In this document: positions 55,748-64,000 of the stretch, piece by piece
How the letters are laid out: each line of letters starts with the position of its first letter
How positions within the stretch are numbered: position 1 is the stretch's first letter
Source of the DNA: Candidatus Woesearchaeota archaeon CG10_big_fil_rev_8_21_14_0_10_45_16
Lineage (GTDB): Archaea; Nanobdellota; Nanobdellia; Woesearchaeales; GW2011-AR9
DNA: 64,000 nucleotides
Assembly (NCBI GenBank): GCA_002762785.1
Contig: PCXY01000005.1
Coordinates: 188,796-252,795, forward strand
Reading direction: 5' to 3'
Notes under the pieces: generated by a model
The model's database searches: none
The model's input: only the letters and a program-made list of their open reading frames with translations
Told to the model about the DNA's origin: nothing
Program-made: the position numbers and the translations under genes

Positions 55748-56473
55748 ATGGAAGCGAGGAAGAGGCTGTGCTTGCCTTTAGATAATCTAGATTCATTAGA
55801 TACTGTAAAAGAGAGAGTTGAAGAATTATCCCCTTATGTAGGTTTATTTAAAGTTGGGAAAGGGTCGTATACGCGATTCGGACCATCAGTCGTAGATTTA
55901 GTGCACGAATCTGGAAGCAGCGTCTTTCTTGATCTTAAATATCACGATATTCCTGCCACCGTCAGAGATGCCTGCAAAGCAGCAGCTTCATTAGGTGTCT
56001 ATATGCTTAATGTCCATGCTTCCGGCGGTATGGAGATGATGAAAGCGGCCATGGCGGGAGCTGTAGAAGGGACGCTTCCCGGCTATCAGCGACCGAAGGT
56101 CATCGCCGTCACGGTATTGACAAGTATTGATGAAGAAACTCTTAATGGAGAATTGAATGTTCCCGGAAAACTAGAAGAGCACGTGTTACGTCTAGCCACT
56201 TTAGCACAGAAAGCTGGATTGGACGGCATCGTCTGTTCCGCTAATGATCTTGGTTACATCAAGCCGCATCTTCCAGAAGATTTTATGTACGTGACACCTG
56301 GTATCAAAGGAGTTACGAGTGAGGCTGGTTCAGATCAGGCCCGGGTGAGTTCTCCTAGTGGTGCTATGGCAGCTGGTTCTTCTATATTAGTTGTTGGGAG
56401 AGCAATTACTGGTGCTCCCGATCGAAAGGAAGCTGCGTATGAAATATTGCAGGATATGGCGAAGGGTTTATGA
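55748..56473 (+). CDS. pyrF: Orotidine-5'-phosphate decarboxylase
   Basis: 'LDLKYHDIPATV' and 'VVGRAI' are present. The ATG lies just after the pyrE stop. Confidence 0.8.
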   Translation: MEARKRLCLPLDNLDSLDTVKERVEELSPYVGLFKVGKGSYTRFGPSVVDLVHESGSSVFLDLKYHDIPATVRDACKAAASLGVYMLNVHASGGMEMMKAAMAGAVEGTLPGYQRPKVIAVTVLTSIDEETLNGELNVPGKLEEHVLRLATLAQKAGLDGIVCSANDLGYIKPHLPEDFMYVTPGIKGVTSEAGSDQARVSSPSGAMAAGSSILVVGRAITGAPDRKEAAYEILQDMAKGL

Positions 56474-57688
56474 TAACCTGCCGTAAGATTTCCGCAGTTC
56501 TGCTTCAAGTTTAGGCCAGTCCTGTGGAGAAGTTATGTTTCTGTTCGCAGTCAGGATAGCCTGAAATTGTTCTTCGTTGATTTCCGATGGAGCCGGTGGA
56601 ACGTCTGAAATTTTCGGCGCCGCGCTCAGCGCCTCTCCCTGCCGTACCCCACGAAGGCGGTCATGACTGTAGACGTCGTAACCACCGGCGGAGAAGCTGG
56701 AACTGTCGAAATTACCCAGCAAAGACGCCCGCCAGAGACTCTGGCCGCGCTGCGTGTTCTCTCGTACGTAATCAGGATGAAGAACGAGGATTCTAGTCTC
56801 TTTAATGTTGCTGTCACGCAGCAGTTGAAGGTACTCAGGGGTAAAGCCTAACCGATCTATGGCTCTGTGTTCATCCTCGTTTGCTTCCTGAAAGCCATCG
56901 GCAGTTGCAATGTATCCATCAGCTGTCCGGATCACCAGAGAACGGTATTCCGCTCCATCGCCGGATAAGCGAAGATTTTTCAGAGGGATGACGACGGAAC
57001 TGGCAGCGTTCCTGGCAGCTTCGGCTTCTTCAACAGCCGGCCGGAAATTGTGAGTCTGGATCAATTGGCCAAATGAATTGTTCTCGGGACCATACAGATG
57101 TCGCAGGACAAGGTTCTCTGGCTGTCTGGTGATGATCCATTCAACATTATCATTTTCTCTTCTCAAATAACCATGGCCGTCAGCAGTGTAGAACATACTG
57201 CCTCGGGATCCCTTATCCACCAATCGATGTTGGGTCAATTCATCGACATGGCAAAATGTGCCTGGTCCCAGTTTATTATAATCTAAGAGAGTGCCGGTGA
57301 TGTCTTCCAGGACGGTGAAGGGATGATCTATTCCAACTTGCGCCATCATTTCACCGAGATCAGTAACAAGAGAATGGAATCTTTCCCGTTTCTTAGGATT
57401 CCTCAACAGAACCTCAGCAGGAAGACCCATCCGCTGTCGGAGGATAGTAGCGCCGTATTTCTTTCTCAGTACCTTGGCGAGATCCCGTTGGCATCGGGCG
57501 CTGGCTTCATACAATGAGCCATCGTCGGAACCAGGATGCATGAAACGAGATTGAAAAACTATCGCTTCACCGAAAAGGCCATAGATACCGCCGGCTGCCT
57601 GCATCCCATCAGCGGCGATTACATATTCTTCAACTGCGCCCCCGTCTATCCCACGATAATCCCTAGCTACCCGGTCTATAAGTTTCAT
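56468..57688 (-). CDS. Hypothetical protein of 406 aa that looks GC-rich and has no recognised family
   Basis: This long ORF has coding composition. It sits between pyrF and pheS with converging orientation. Confidence 0.5.
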   Translation of the reverse strand: MKLIDRVARDYRGIDGGAVEEYVIAADGMQAAGGIYGLFGEAIVFQSRFMHPGSDDGSLYEASARCQRDLAKVLRKKYGATILRQRMGLPAEVLLRNPKKRERFHSLVTDLGEMMAQVGIDHPFTVLEDITGTLLDYNKLGPGTFCHVDELTQHRLVDKGSRGSMFYTADGHGYLRRENDNVEWIITRQPENLVLRHLYGPENNSFGQLIQTHNFRPAVEEAEAARNAASSVVIPLKNLRLSGDGAEYRSLVIRTADGYIATADGFQEANEDEHRAIDRLGFTPEYLQLLRDSNIKETRILVLHPDYVRENTQRGQSLWRASLLGNFDSSSFSAGGYDVYSHDRLRGVRQGEALSAAPKISDVPPAPSEINEEQFQAILTANRNITSPQDWPKLEAELRKSYGRLS

Positions 57689-57783
57689 CAGAACTATCGA
57701 AAATGACGGGTTTTTATAAACCTTGTGGAAGTTTAGTTACTGTTTAGTGACAATCATTTGGTGTCCAGGCAGGTGTAATTAAC

Positions 57784-57792
57784 TTTATAAAG
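57784..57792 (+). promoter_or_regulatory. TATA box for pheS (leaderless)
   Basis: 'tttataaag' is centred about 25 nt upstream of the ATG at 57814. Confidence 0.45.
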
Positions 57793-57813
57793 AACAGCCC
57801 TCTCAAACTGAGT

Positions 57814-59328
57814 ATGGACCTGCAGCCCTTGATCGCAAAATTGCACCCATTAGAAAGGCAAGTTCTTCCAGCTTTGAAGACAGAAACCGAACTTACGGCT
57901 ATCTGCAAGAAAGCCGGGATGCAGGAAGTGGAAGTCATCCGTTCTCTGCAATGGTTAGAGAACAAAGAAGTTCTCAAGATCAACAGTAAGAAGATACGGA
58001 TCATCTCACTAGACAAAGACGGAAAGACCTACAAGGAACACGGTCTGCCGGAAAAGATATTCCTTTCTACTTTAACGGAAGAGTTCAAAGGATTGAACAT
58101 CATCACCAAAAAATCCAAGCTCAGCCGAGCAGAAGTCAACGCCTGCATCGGCCTGCTGAAAAGAAAAGAAGCCATCGACATCCAGAAAGAGAAAGACGAG
58201 CTTTCCATAAAGATAAACGATAAAGGAAAAGAACTTCTTAAAGCTGCCTCACCTGAAGAAGATTTTCTTAAGCTTGATTTCCCCTTGGAAGAAAGTGAGA
58301 TCAAAGATCGCACCCTCATAAGAGACCTCAGCAAGAGAGGCATCCTCAAAATTGAAGAAAGAAAGATCATCACTGTCGGACTGACGCCATTAGGACATGA
58401 ACTGGTCGCCAAAGATATTGTCGGAGAGGTTGTCAACAGGCTTACTTCAAAGATGCTCAAAGACGGTTCCTGGAAGAAGAAAGAGTTCCGCTCATACGAC
58501 GTAGAGATCAACGTCCCTAAAGTCTATCCAGGAAAGAAACATTTCGTCAATGAAGCTGTCGAATACATCCGCAGCATCTGGCTGGAGATGGGTTTCAAAG
58601 AGATGACCGGCAACTATGTGCAGTCTGCTTTCTGGGATCTTGATGCGTTATTCGTACCGCAGGATCATCCCGCAAGGGAGATGCAGGATACGTTCTATCT
58701 AAAAGGGAAAGCAGAATTGCCTGAACTGTGGAAGAAAGTGAAAGCCGCCCATGAGAATGGTGGTGACACCGGCAGTAAAGGCTGGCAGTATACATTCTCA
58801 GAAGATGAAACTAAAAAAATATTGCTGCGGACGCACACCACCGTCTTGTCAGCGCAGACCATCTCCCACTTAAAGAAAGAGGATCTGCCGGCCAAGTTTT
58901 TCGCTGTCGGCAAAGTTTTTAGAAACGAAGCATTAGACTGGAAACATCTGTTTGAATTTTACCAGGTGGAAGGCATCGTCATTGACCCTGATGCCAACCT
59001 CAAACACCTCAAAGGCTATCTCACGCAATTTTATAAGAAGATGGGGTACAGCAAGGTCAGGATGCGGCCCGCCCATTTCCCCTACACGGAGCCATCTTTA
59101 GAAGTAGACGTCTTCCACCCAGTGAAGAAAGAATGGATCGAACTAGGCGGCGCGGGAATCTTCCGCCCGGAAGTGATCAAACCATTACTTGGCTTTGATT
59201 GTCCGGTCCTGGCCTGGGGACAAGGTATGGGAAGAATAATTTCAGAATACTGGAAGATCACCGATATCAGAGATCTCTACAAGAACGACCTGAAACAATT
59301 GAGAGAAGCGAAAACGTGGTTACGATAA
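57814..59328 (+). CDS. pheS: Phenylalanyl-tRNA synthetase alpha subunit (archaeal type)
   Basis: N-terminal wHTH repeats are followed by class II motifs 'FRNEALDWKHLFEFYQVEG' and 'GAGIFRPEV'. Confidence 0.85.
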   Translation: MDLQPLIAKLHPLERQVLPALKTETELTAICKKAGMQEVEVIRSLQWLENKEVLKINSKKIRIISLDKDGKTYKEHGLPEKIFLSTLTEEFKGLNIITKKSKLSRAEVNACIGLLKRKEAIDIQKEKDELSIKINDKGKELLKAASPEEDFLKLDFPLEESEIKDRTLIRDLSKRGILKIEERKIITVGLTPLGHELVAKDIVGEVVNRLTSKMLKDGSWKKKEFRSYDVEINVPKVYPGKKHFVNEAVEYIRSIWLEMGFKEMTGNYVQSAFWDLDALFVPQDHPAREMQDTFYLKGKAELPELWKKVKAAHENGGDTGSKGWQYTFSEDETKKILLRTHTTVLSAQTISHLKKEDLPAKFFAVGKVFRNEALDWKHLFEFYQVEGIVIDPDANLKHLKGYLTQFYKKMGYSKVRMRPAHFPYTEPSLEVDVFHPVKKEWIELGGAGIFRPEVIKPLLGFDCPVLAWGQGMGRIISEYWKITDIRDLYKNDLKQLREAKTWLR

Positions 59329-59329
59329 G

Positions 59330-60970
59330 ATGCCGACAATAACACTAAACAAGACCGTATTCGAGAAACTGGTGGGCAAAGAATTGCCGTTAGAACAGCT
59401 GAAAGACCGTATCAGCATGCTCGGGACGGATCTAGAGAAAATTGAAGGTAACGAGATCCACGTAGAGATCTTCCCTAACCGGCCTGATCTTCTTTCAGAG
59501 CAGGGCTTTGCCAGGGCTTTCAGCAGTTTCATCGGTGTCAAGACCGGATTACGGAAATATGAAGTAAAGAAGAGCGGGGAAAAGATCATCGTCGATCCTT
59601 CCGTCAGCATGCGCCCTTATACTGCCTGCGCTATCGTCAAGAACCTGACCTTCTCAGAAGAGAGGATCAAAGAGATCATGCAAGTTCAGGAAAAACTAGC
59701 CGTCACCTTTGGCCGGAACCGTAAGAAATCGGCGTATGGCATCTATCCAATCGATAAGATAACTTTCCCCGTAACCTATATCGCCAAAGATCCTTCTACC
59801 GTAACTTTCTGGCCGTTGGGTATGGAAGGAAATATGAACGCTTCAGAAGTACTGGAGAAACATCCTAAAGGTCAAACCTATAAGCATCTTACAGAAAGCT
59901 GGAAGAAATATCCGTTCTTCATCGACGCCAAACAGAAAGTCATGTGTATGCTGCCGTTCACCAATTCACATGATACAGGAAAAGTTGACGACGATACTAA
60001 AGATGTTTTCGTCGAATGCACCGGTAATGATCTGCAAAATGTCCAGCTGGCCCTTAACATTATCACAACGGTCTTGGCTGACATGGGCGGGCAGATCTAC
60101 AGCCTTGACATCGAGTACCCTGACAAGACCATCACCACTCCTGATCTTACGCCGAAGAAGATGGATCTTGATCTATCGTACATCAACAAGCTTCTGGGAT
60201 TGAAACTAGGTGAGAACAAAGTTAAAGATCTTCTGGAAAAGATGGGTTTCGGCTATGAGAAAGGCGAAGTGTTGATTCCAGCATACCGGGCTGATATCCT
60301 CCATCAGGCTGATCTTGTTGAAGATATCGCCATCGCCTACGGTTATGAGAACTTTGAAGAAGAGATACCGAACGTAGCAACGATCGGTGAAGAATCTCAG
60401 CTAGAGAAATTAAGCCGGAAGATCCGTGATATTCTCATCGGCCTGCGCCTGTTAGAAGTTAAGAACTACCATCTTACGACAAGGGAAGATCTCAATGAGA
60501 AATTGAACGTTGAGGAAGACGTCATCCCTTTGCAGAACGCTCTTGGAGAGCATAACCATCTGCGGAACAAGATATTATCAAGTCTCTTGAAGAATCTTGC
60601 CGATAACCAGCACCATGAATATCCACAGAACCTCTTTGAGATCGGCCGGGTGTTCACTTCCGGGAAATCAGAGACAGGAATCGTCGAAAAAGAACACCTA
60701 GCGGTAGTCTTATGTCATGAGAAAACTGATTTCACAGAAGTGAAACAAGTCTTGGATACGCTGATGCAGTCCTTCGGGATCGAATATGAAGTCAAGGAAA
60801 GTTCTCATCCCAGTTATATTAAAGGAAGGGTCGGCGAAATCATCCTCGATGGAAAGAAAGTCGGTGTGATCGGCGAACTTCATCCGACTGTGATAGAGAA
60901 GTGGGGGATGCTGATGCCTATCGTCTGTCTGGAGATGGATGTTGATTTACTTCTTAAAGTTACTCTTTAA
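59330..60970 (+). CDS. pheT: Phenylalanyl-tRNA synthetase beta subunit (archaeal type)
   Basis: The 546-aa protein has B3/B4 and B5 domains. Its start lies 2 nt after the pheS stop. Confidence 0.85.
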   Translation: MPTITLNKTVFEKLVGKELPLEQLKDRISMLGTDLEKIEGNEIHVEIFPNRPDLLSEQGFARAFSSFIGVKTGLRKYEVKKSGEKIIVDPSVSMRPYTACAIVKNLTFSEERIKEIMQVQEKLAVTFGRNRKKSAYGIYPIDKITFPVTYIAKDPSTVTFWPLGMEGNMNASEVLEKHPKGQTYKHLTESWKKYPFFIDAKQKVMCMLPFTNSHDTGKVDDDTKDVFVECTGNDLQNVQLALNIITTVLADMGGQIYSLDIEYPDKTITTPDLTPKKMDLDLSYINKLLGLKLGENKVKDLLEKMGFGYEKGEVLIPAYRADILHQADLVEDIAIAYGYENFEEEIPNVATIGEESQLEKLSRKIRDILIGLRLLEVKNYHLTTREDLNEKLNVEEDVIPLQNALGEHNHLRNKILSSLLKNLADNQHHEYPQNLFEIGRVFTSGKSETGIVEKEHLAVVLCHEKTDFTEVKQVLDTLMQSFGIEYEVKESSHPSYIKGRVGEIILDGKKVGVIGELHPTVIEKWGMLMPIVCLEMDVDLLLKVTL

Positions 60971-62297
60971 AATATAGGATCTCATCTAATCTGTCTTCAG
61001 CTTTTAACTTTGAATAGATGCGGCTGTTGGGCAGTCCCGCTTCACTCCAGATCTTGGAGATCGTTCTTCTTGGCTTCCCTAATCCTTTTGCTGCGGTTAC
61101 AGCATTACCTTCAAAATGTTTGTGGAAGACGACGATCCAGTCTCGTTCGTATTGAGTGTACCCGCGAAAGTCAGGGATGGCTTCATCCAGCTGGCCGTAT
61201 CGCAGCAGAGCACGATGAAGGGAAGGGTCGATCTTTTTTAGTTCCCTTCTAGTCAGTCCTTCCCAAGAACCATATACTTTTGTATAGAATGCCGAAGGGT
61301 TTTCAGCATAATCCCGGTTATGGCCTTCTTTAGCGACTTTAAATCCCTGATTCCGCCAGATCCCAGAAAGAAAAGAATCCGGCAAGTTTAAGCGGCGAGA
61401 TGCATCTAAGATGGTCTGAATGTCACCCACATCAATTCTGCCTATATCCGGCGCATTGGACTTCTTGCGGTGTTTCCTTGTTCTTGGTCTCAAATTATTA
61501 TTGTTCCAAAAGTTCCAAACTTTCCGCCACGGAAGAGACATAGCAGCAGCAGCAGTAGTCACGTCTCCTTGACAGAGATAATAAGAACCGATGATAGTCA
61601 TCCGTTCTTCATCTGTATGTCCAAATCTTTGCGGGATAGCTGTTGAAATGAGACCGGCATCGTATAAAGCATCATGCAGACCACGATCATGTTGCCGAAG
61701 CCGATATCGTGAATCAACTCCATTAGGATATTTCTCATGGAAGAAAGTCAAAGGATCAGGAGCATATTTGGTCGAAAACTGAATATCAAACCCACTTTCC
61801 AGGGGAGTGATAGAAACTATCTTCCGGGGAATGACTACTTTTCCATCATACGTAAGAGCCTCCATCAGCCGCCGGACATTATCTTCTGCTGTTGCATCAG
61901 CAGGTAAGCCACGTAGAGCGTCAATGATTGTCGGGGAAGCTCTGGAGATCAATCTTTCCACGAATTCCTGTAATTTTTTATCCGAGAAAGTGGGCAACGC
62001 ATCTGTAAGGTGAACTGATTCTTCTGGAGCACTAAGAGTATCTCCTAAAAACAGAGGTTTTCCGTCAGCAGAGCCTATAACCCTTTCAAGGGAAGTTCTT
62101 CTTTTGGGATTGATCTGCTCAAGAGCATAGAACTGGAGCAGTGCCCTCTCTTCGTCAATAGCAGCTAGAGCTAAAATCATCCGTTGATGATACGGAGTAA
62201 GATCAGACGCTTCCAGAAGATAATCTATCGCTCTCCTCTCTAGACCCTCTGTCTCTTTTACCAGCCGAGCAAGATTGAAATCAGTCATAATAATCAT
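60960..62297 (-). CDS. Protein with an internally duplicated HTH-like module, possibly derived from a mobile element
   Basis: The repeat segments are 'GDVTTAAAAMSLPWRKVWNFW' and 'GNAVTAAKGLGKPRRTISKIWSEAG'. The start was trimmed to 'MIIMTD' (62297) to avoid overlapping the L14e stop. Confidence 0.45.
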   Translation of the reverse strand: MIIMTDFNLARLVKETEGLERRAIDYLLEASDLTPYHQRMILALAAIDEERALLQFYALEQINPKRRTSLERVIGSADGKPLFLGDTLSAPEESVHLTDALPTFSDKKLQEFVERLISRASPTIIDALRGLPADATAEDNVRRLMEALTYDGKVVIPRKIVSITPLESGFDIQFSTKYAPDPLTFFHEKYPNGVDSRYRLRQHDRGLHDALYDAGLISTAIPQRFGHTDEERMTIIGSYYLCQGDVTTAAAAMSLPWRKVWNFWNNNNLRPRTRKHRKKSNAPDIGRIDVGDIQTILDASRRLNLPDSFLSGIWRNQGFKVAKEGHNRDYAENPSAFYTKVYGSWEGLTRRELKKIDPSLHRALLRYGQLDEAIPDFRGYTQYERDWIVVFHKHFEGNAVTAAKGLGKPRRTISKIWSEAGLPNSRIYSKLKAEDRLDEILYFKE

Positions 62298-62319
62298 CAA
62301 AAAAAGTAATAAAAAAAAA

Positions 62320-62739
62320 TTATTGAGCAGCTGCTTCGACTTTAACCGGTTCTTTCTCAACAGGAGCTTCTTTCTTAGCCGGTTCTTCAGCAGTCGATTT
62401 CTTTTCAGCTTTTGGAGCTTTCTTCTTAGCTTCTTTCACTGGCTTTGCTGCTTTCTTCTTCTGCTTCTTAGGTCTCTCAGCCGTTTTTCTTGGCTTGCTT
62501 TCTTTTACAGCGACACCGAGTTTGCTGAAAGCGGCTTTGACCTCAGCCGAAGATGCTTTCTCTTTGATATCAAGCGTCTGAGCCAGCGGTTCCAGGTGGC
62601 GGACATTAACTTTCTTCCTTCTGGTAGCCCCATCGACAACAACGAACCGTTCATCAACAGCTTCGACGACAACACATTTCTTCCCAGCATCTCTTCCTGC
62701 CAGCTTCACACAGACCTTTCCTACGTGATAGATACTCAT
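62320..62739 (-). CDS. rpl14e: Ribosomal protein L14e with a Lys/Ala-rich C-terminal extension
   Basis: The KOW-like 'GKVCVKLAGRDAGKKCVVV' is followed by a ~60-aa KKxAxK tail. Confidence 0.8.
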   Translation of the reverse strand: MSIYHVGKVCVKLAGRDAGKKCVVVEAVDERFVVVDGATRRKKVNVRHLEPLAQTLDIKEKASSAEVKAAFSKLGVAVKESKPRKTAERPKKQKKKAAKPVKEAKKKAPKAEKKSTAEEPAKKEAPVEKEPVKVEAAAQ

Positions 62740-63026
62740 TGTGACTCACCTCGGGCTTTTTGCTGTAAGAGTTTCCTGGTACAGGCTGAGCACAAGACTC
62801 CTCCGTACGGTCTCTCCGGTCTCCTGGCAGTCTTCGGCATCTTCCCTAAGATAGCCGGACGTTCTCTAGGAACGCCTAGAAGCGGTTTCTTACAAGTACC
62901 GCAGACAGCTTTGCTTGGCTTCCGCTCTCGTAGATGGACTTTCGTATCTCCACCAGGTGTCTTGACGAACACTTTTCGGAAACGTCCTGATTTTTCTCTT
63001 CCTTTTGGCATTGTTTTTTCCTCCAA
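62736..63026 (-). CDS. rpl34e: Ribosomal protein L34e
   Basis: Zn-ribbon Cys pairs 'CGTC...CSAC' occur in a basic 96-aa protein. The gene overlaps L14e as ATGA. Confidence 0.8.
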   Translation of the reverse strand: MEEKTMPKGREKSGRFRKVFVKTPGGDTKVHLRERKPSKAVCGTCKKPLLGVPRERPAILGKMPKTARRPERPYGGVLCSACTRKLLQQKARGESQ

Positions 63027-63131
63027 AGGAACCCGATAGAAGTAGAATGATTCTACGACCCGAGTTGCCTCAATTGGTCACCCATGTAGGGTATTCGTAA
63101 CTAATTATGAGGGTGATTTATAAAAGTTTGC

Positions 63132-63902
63132 TCAATAAACTTTCATCAGCTTCCTTAGGATCAGACTAAACACTAATGAAGCGATGACATAGATGCCCAG
63201 CCAGCCGGGCTGCCAGCCGAAGATGGAAGTCGTCCCCAACGGCTTTAACTTGTTATAGTTTATCTGGATATTGCTGATAGCAGAACCTTTTTCATATTGG
63301 GCAACTGGTTCTTCATAGCGAAGATCTTTAGTGATCAAAACATTCTTAGACTGCTGTTCTTCAGCAGCTTCAACAACTACAGTATGGCTGCCTTCCGTGC
63401 TTTTAAGACGCCAGGTGAGAGCGCCAGTTATCGATTGCGTGGCATCGCTGAGGAGTTCCGTCCCTTCATCTACCGCCAGCATAGCATCGCCGGTAACACC
63501 TTCAGAGAATGAAGCAGTGATGGTATAAACTTCTCCCGGATAGATCGGCTCATAGGCTAGAGAACCGGCCATCCAGCCGAAAATCAATAAAGCAGGCAGC
63601 ATGGTTGCCAGCATCACTTTCGGCTTGAAAGAAGCGTTCATCATGTAATCCTTGTTGACGCTCATGGCTTCCTTCTGGACCTTCATCATCTCTTCTGGAT
63701 TGGAACGTAATTCTTTCATCCGTCTCTGAAACTCTTTCTGCTTGCTCTTGATCTCTTTCAGCTTCGGCTGGTCGGTCATCTTCTTATAGACGAAGGTGGC
63801 GTAAAGAGCATAGGCTAAAGAGATGATAACGATAGCCAGAAAAGGGCTTAGGTCGATCAACGGACGCAGTACAGGCCCCAACACTGGTTCTAAAAATGCC
63901 AT
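63132..63902 (-). CDS. DUF106-family membrane protein (archaeal YidC/Oxa1/EMC3-like insertase) with a C-terminal extension
   Basis: 'LEPVLGPVL', a TM helix, the coiled 'KEIKSKQKEFQRRMKELR' and a second TM helix match the DUF106 layout. Confidence 0.6.
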   Translation of the reverse strand: MAFLEPVLGPVLRPLIDLSPFLAIVIISLAYALYATFVYKKMTDQPKLKEIKSKQKEFQRRMKELRSNPEEMMKVQKEAMSVNKDYMMNASFKPKVMLATMLPALLIFGWMAGSLAYEPIYPGEVYTITASFSEGVTGDAMLAVDEGTELLSDATQSITGALTWRLKSTEGSHTVVVEAAEEQQSKNVLITKDLRYEEPVAQYEKGSAISNIQINYNKLKPLGTTSIFGWQPGWLGIYVIASLVFSLILRKLMKVY

Positions 63903-64000
63903 GGTAAAGAGATTTTATCAATGGTTTAAAAAGGTTGTGCTCAAATGTCACGCCATTTGAAAGGCGGGCGTATTACTCACTAAAGATCGTAATACACTAA

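Noticed and set aside
62275-63039. A 254-aa plus-strand ORF overlaps rpl14e and rpl34e.
   Set aside because: It is antisense to two recognisable ribosomal protein genes and has low-complexity F/L/S composition.

Overview
This window reads as an archaeal chromosome segment with a GC content of roughly 43%, though I could not compute GC here and all GC statements are visual estimates. It carries archaeal/eukaryotic-type ribosomal proteins S19e, L39e, L31e, S3Ae, L14e, L34e and L35Ae. It also carries a thermosome subunit, Cbf5, pelota, an archaeal-type two-subunit PheRS, HisRS next to an intron-containing tRNA-His, methionine aminopeptidase type 2, a TrmB regulator, and a YidC/Oxa1-like insertase of the DUF106 family. 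Pyrimidine genes pyrE and pyrF sit beside a dihydroorotase-dihydroorotate dehydrogenase fusion. The first ~20 kb is a dense cell-envelope locus built around CDP-alcohol chemistry. It has two cytidylyltransferases, one of them a tri-domain fusion with a PEP-synthase-like phosphotransferase, plus a CDP-alcohol phosphotransferase, CMP kinase, UDP-glucose dehydrogenase, a GT2 and sugar nucleotidyltransferases. Embedded in it is a bacterial Dlt-like esterification module: adenylation enzyme, small carrier protein, MBOAT, two SGNH/DltD-like proteins and AcpS. A teichoic-acid-like pathway of this kind is unexpected in an archaeon. Other notable items are an 8-bp x6 microsatellite in a divergent promoter of that locus and an amidoligase operon (ATP-grasp ligase, GCS2/YbdK-type ligase, Ntn class-II amidotransferase). 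There is also a GC-rich structured element flanked by perfect 22-bp direct repeats, two Bro-N/DinD-like paralogs, a vapBC pair, a standalone HerA-like ATPase, and a CDP-alcohol-phosphotransferase/DAG-kinase-like fusion. No rRNA genes or CRISPR arrays were seen. The ORF track appears to call GTG/TTG starts as Met, so several starts were moved to a downstream ATG. Hand-derived coordinates (tRNA, repeats, small ORFs, promoters) may be off by 1-2 nt.
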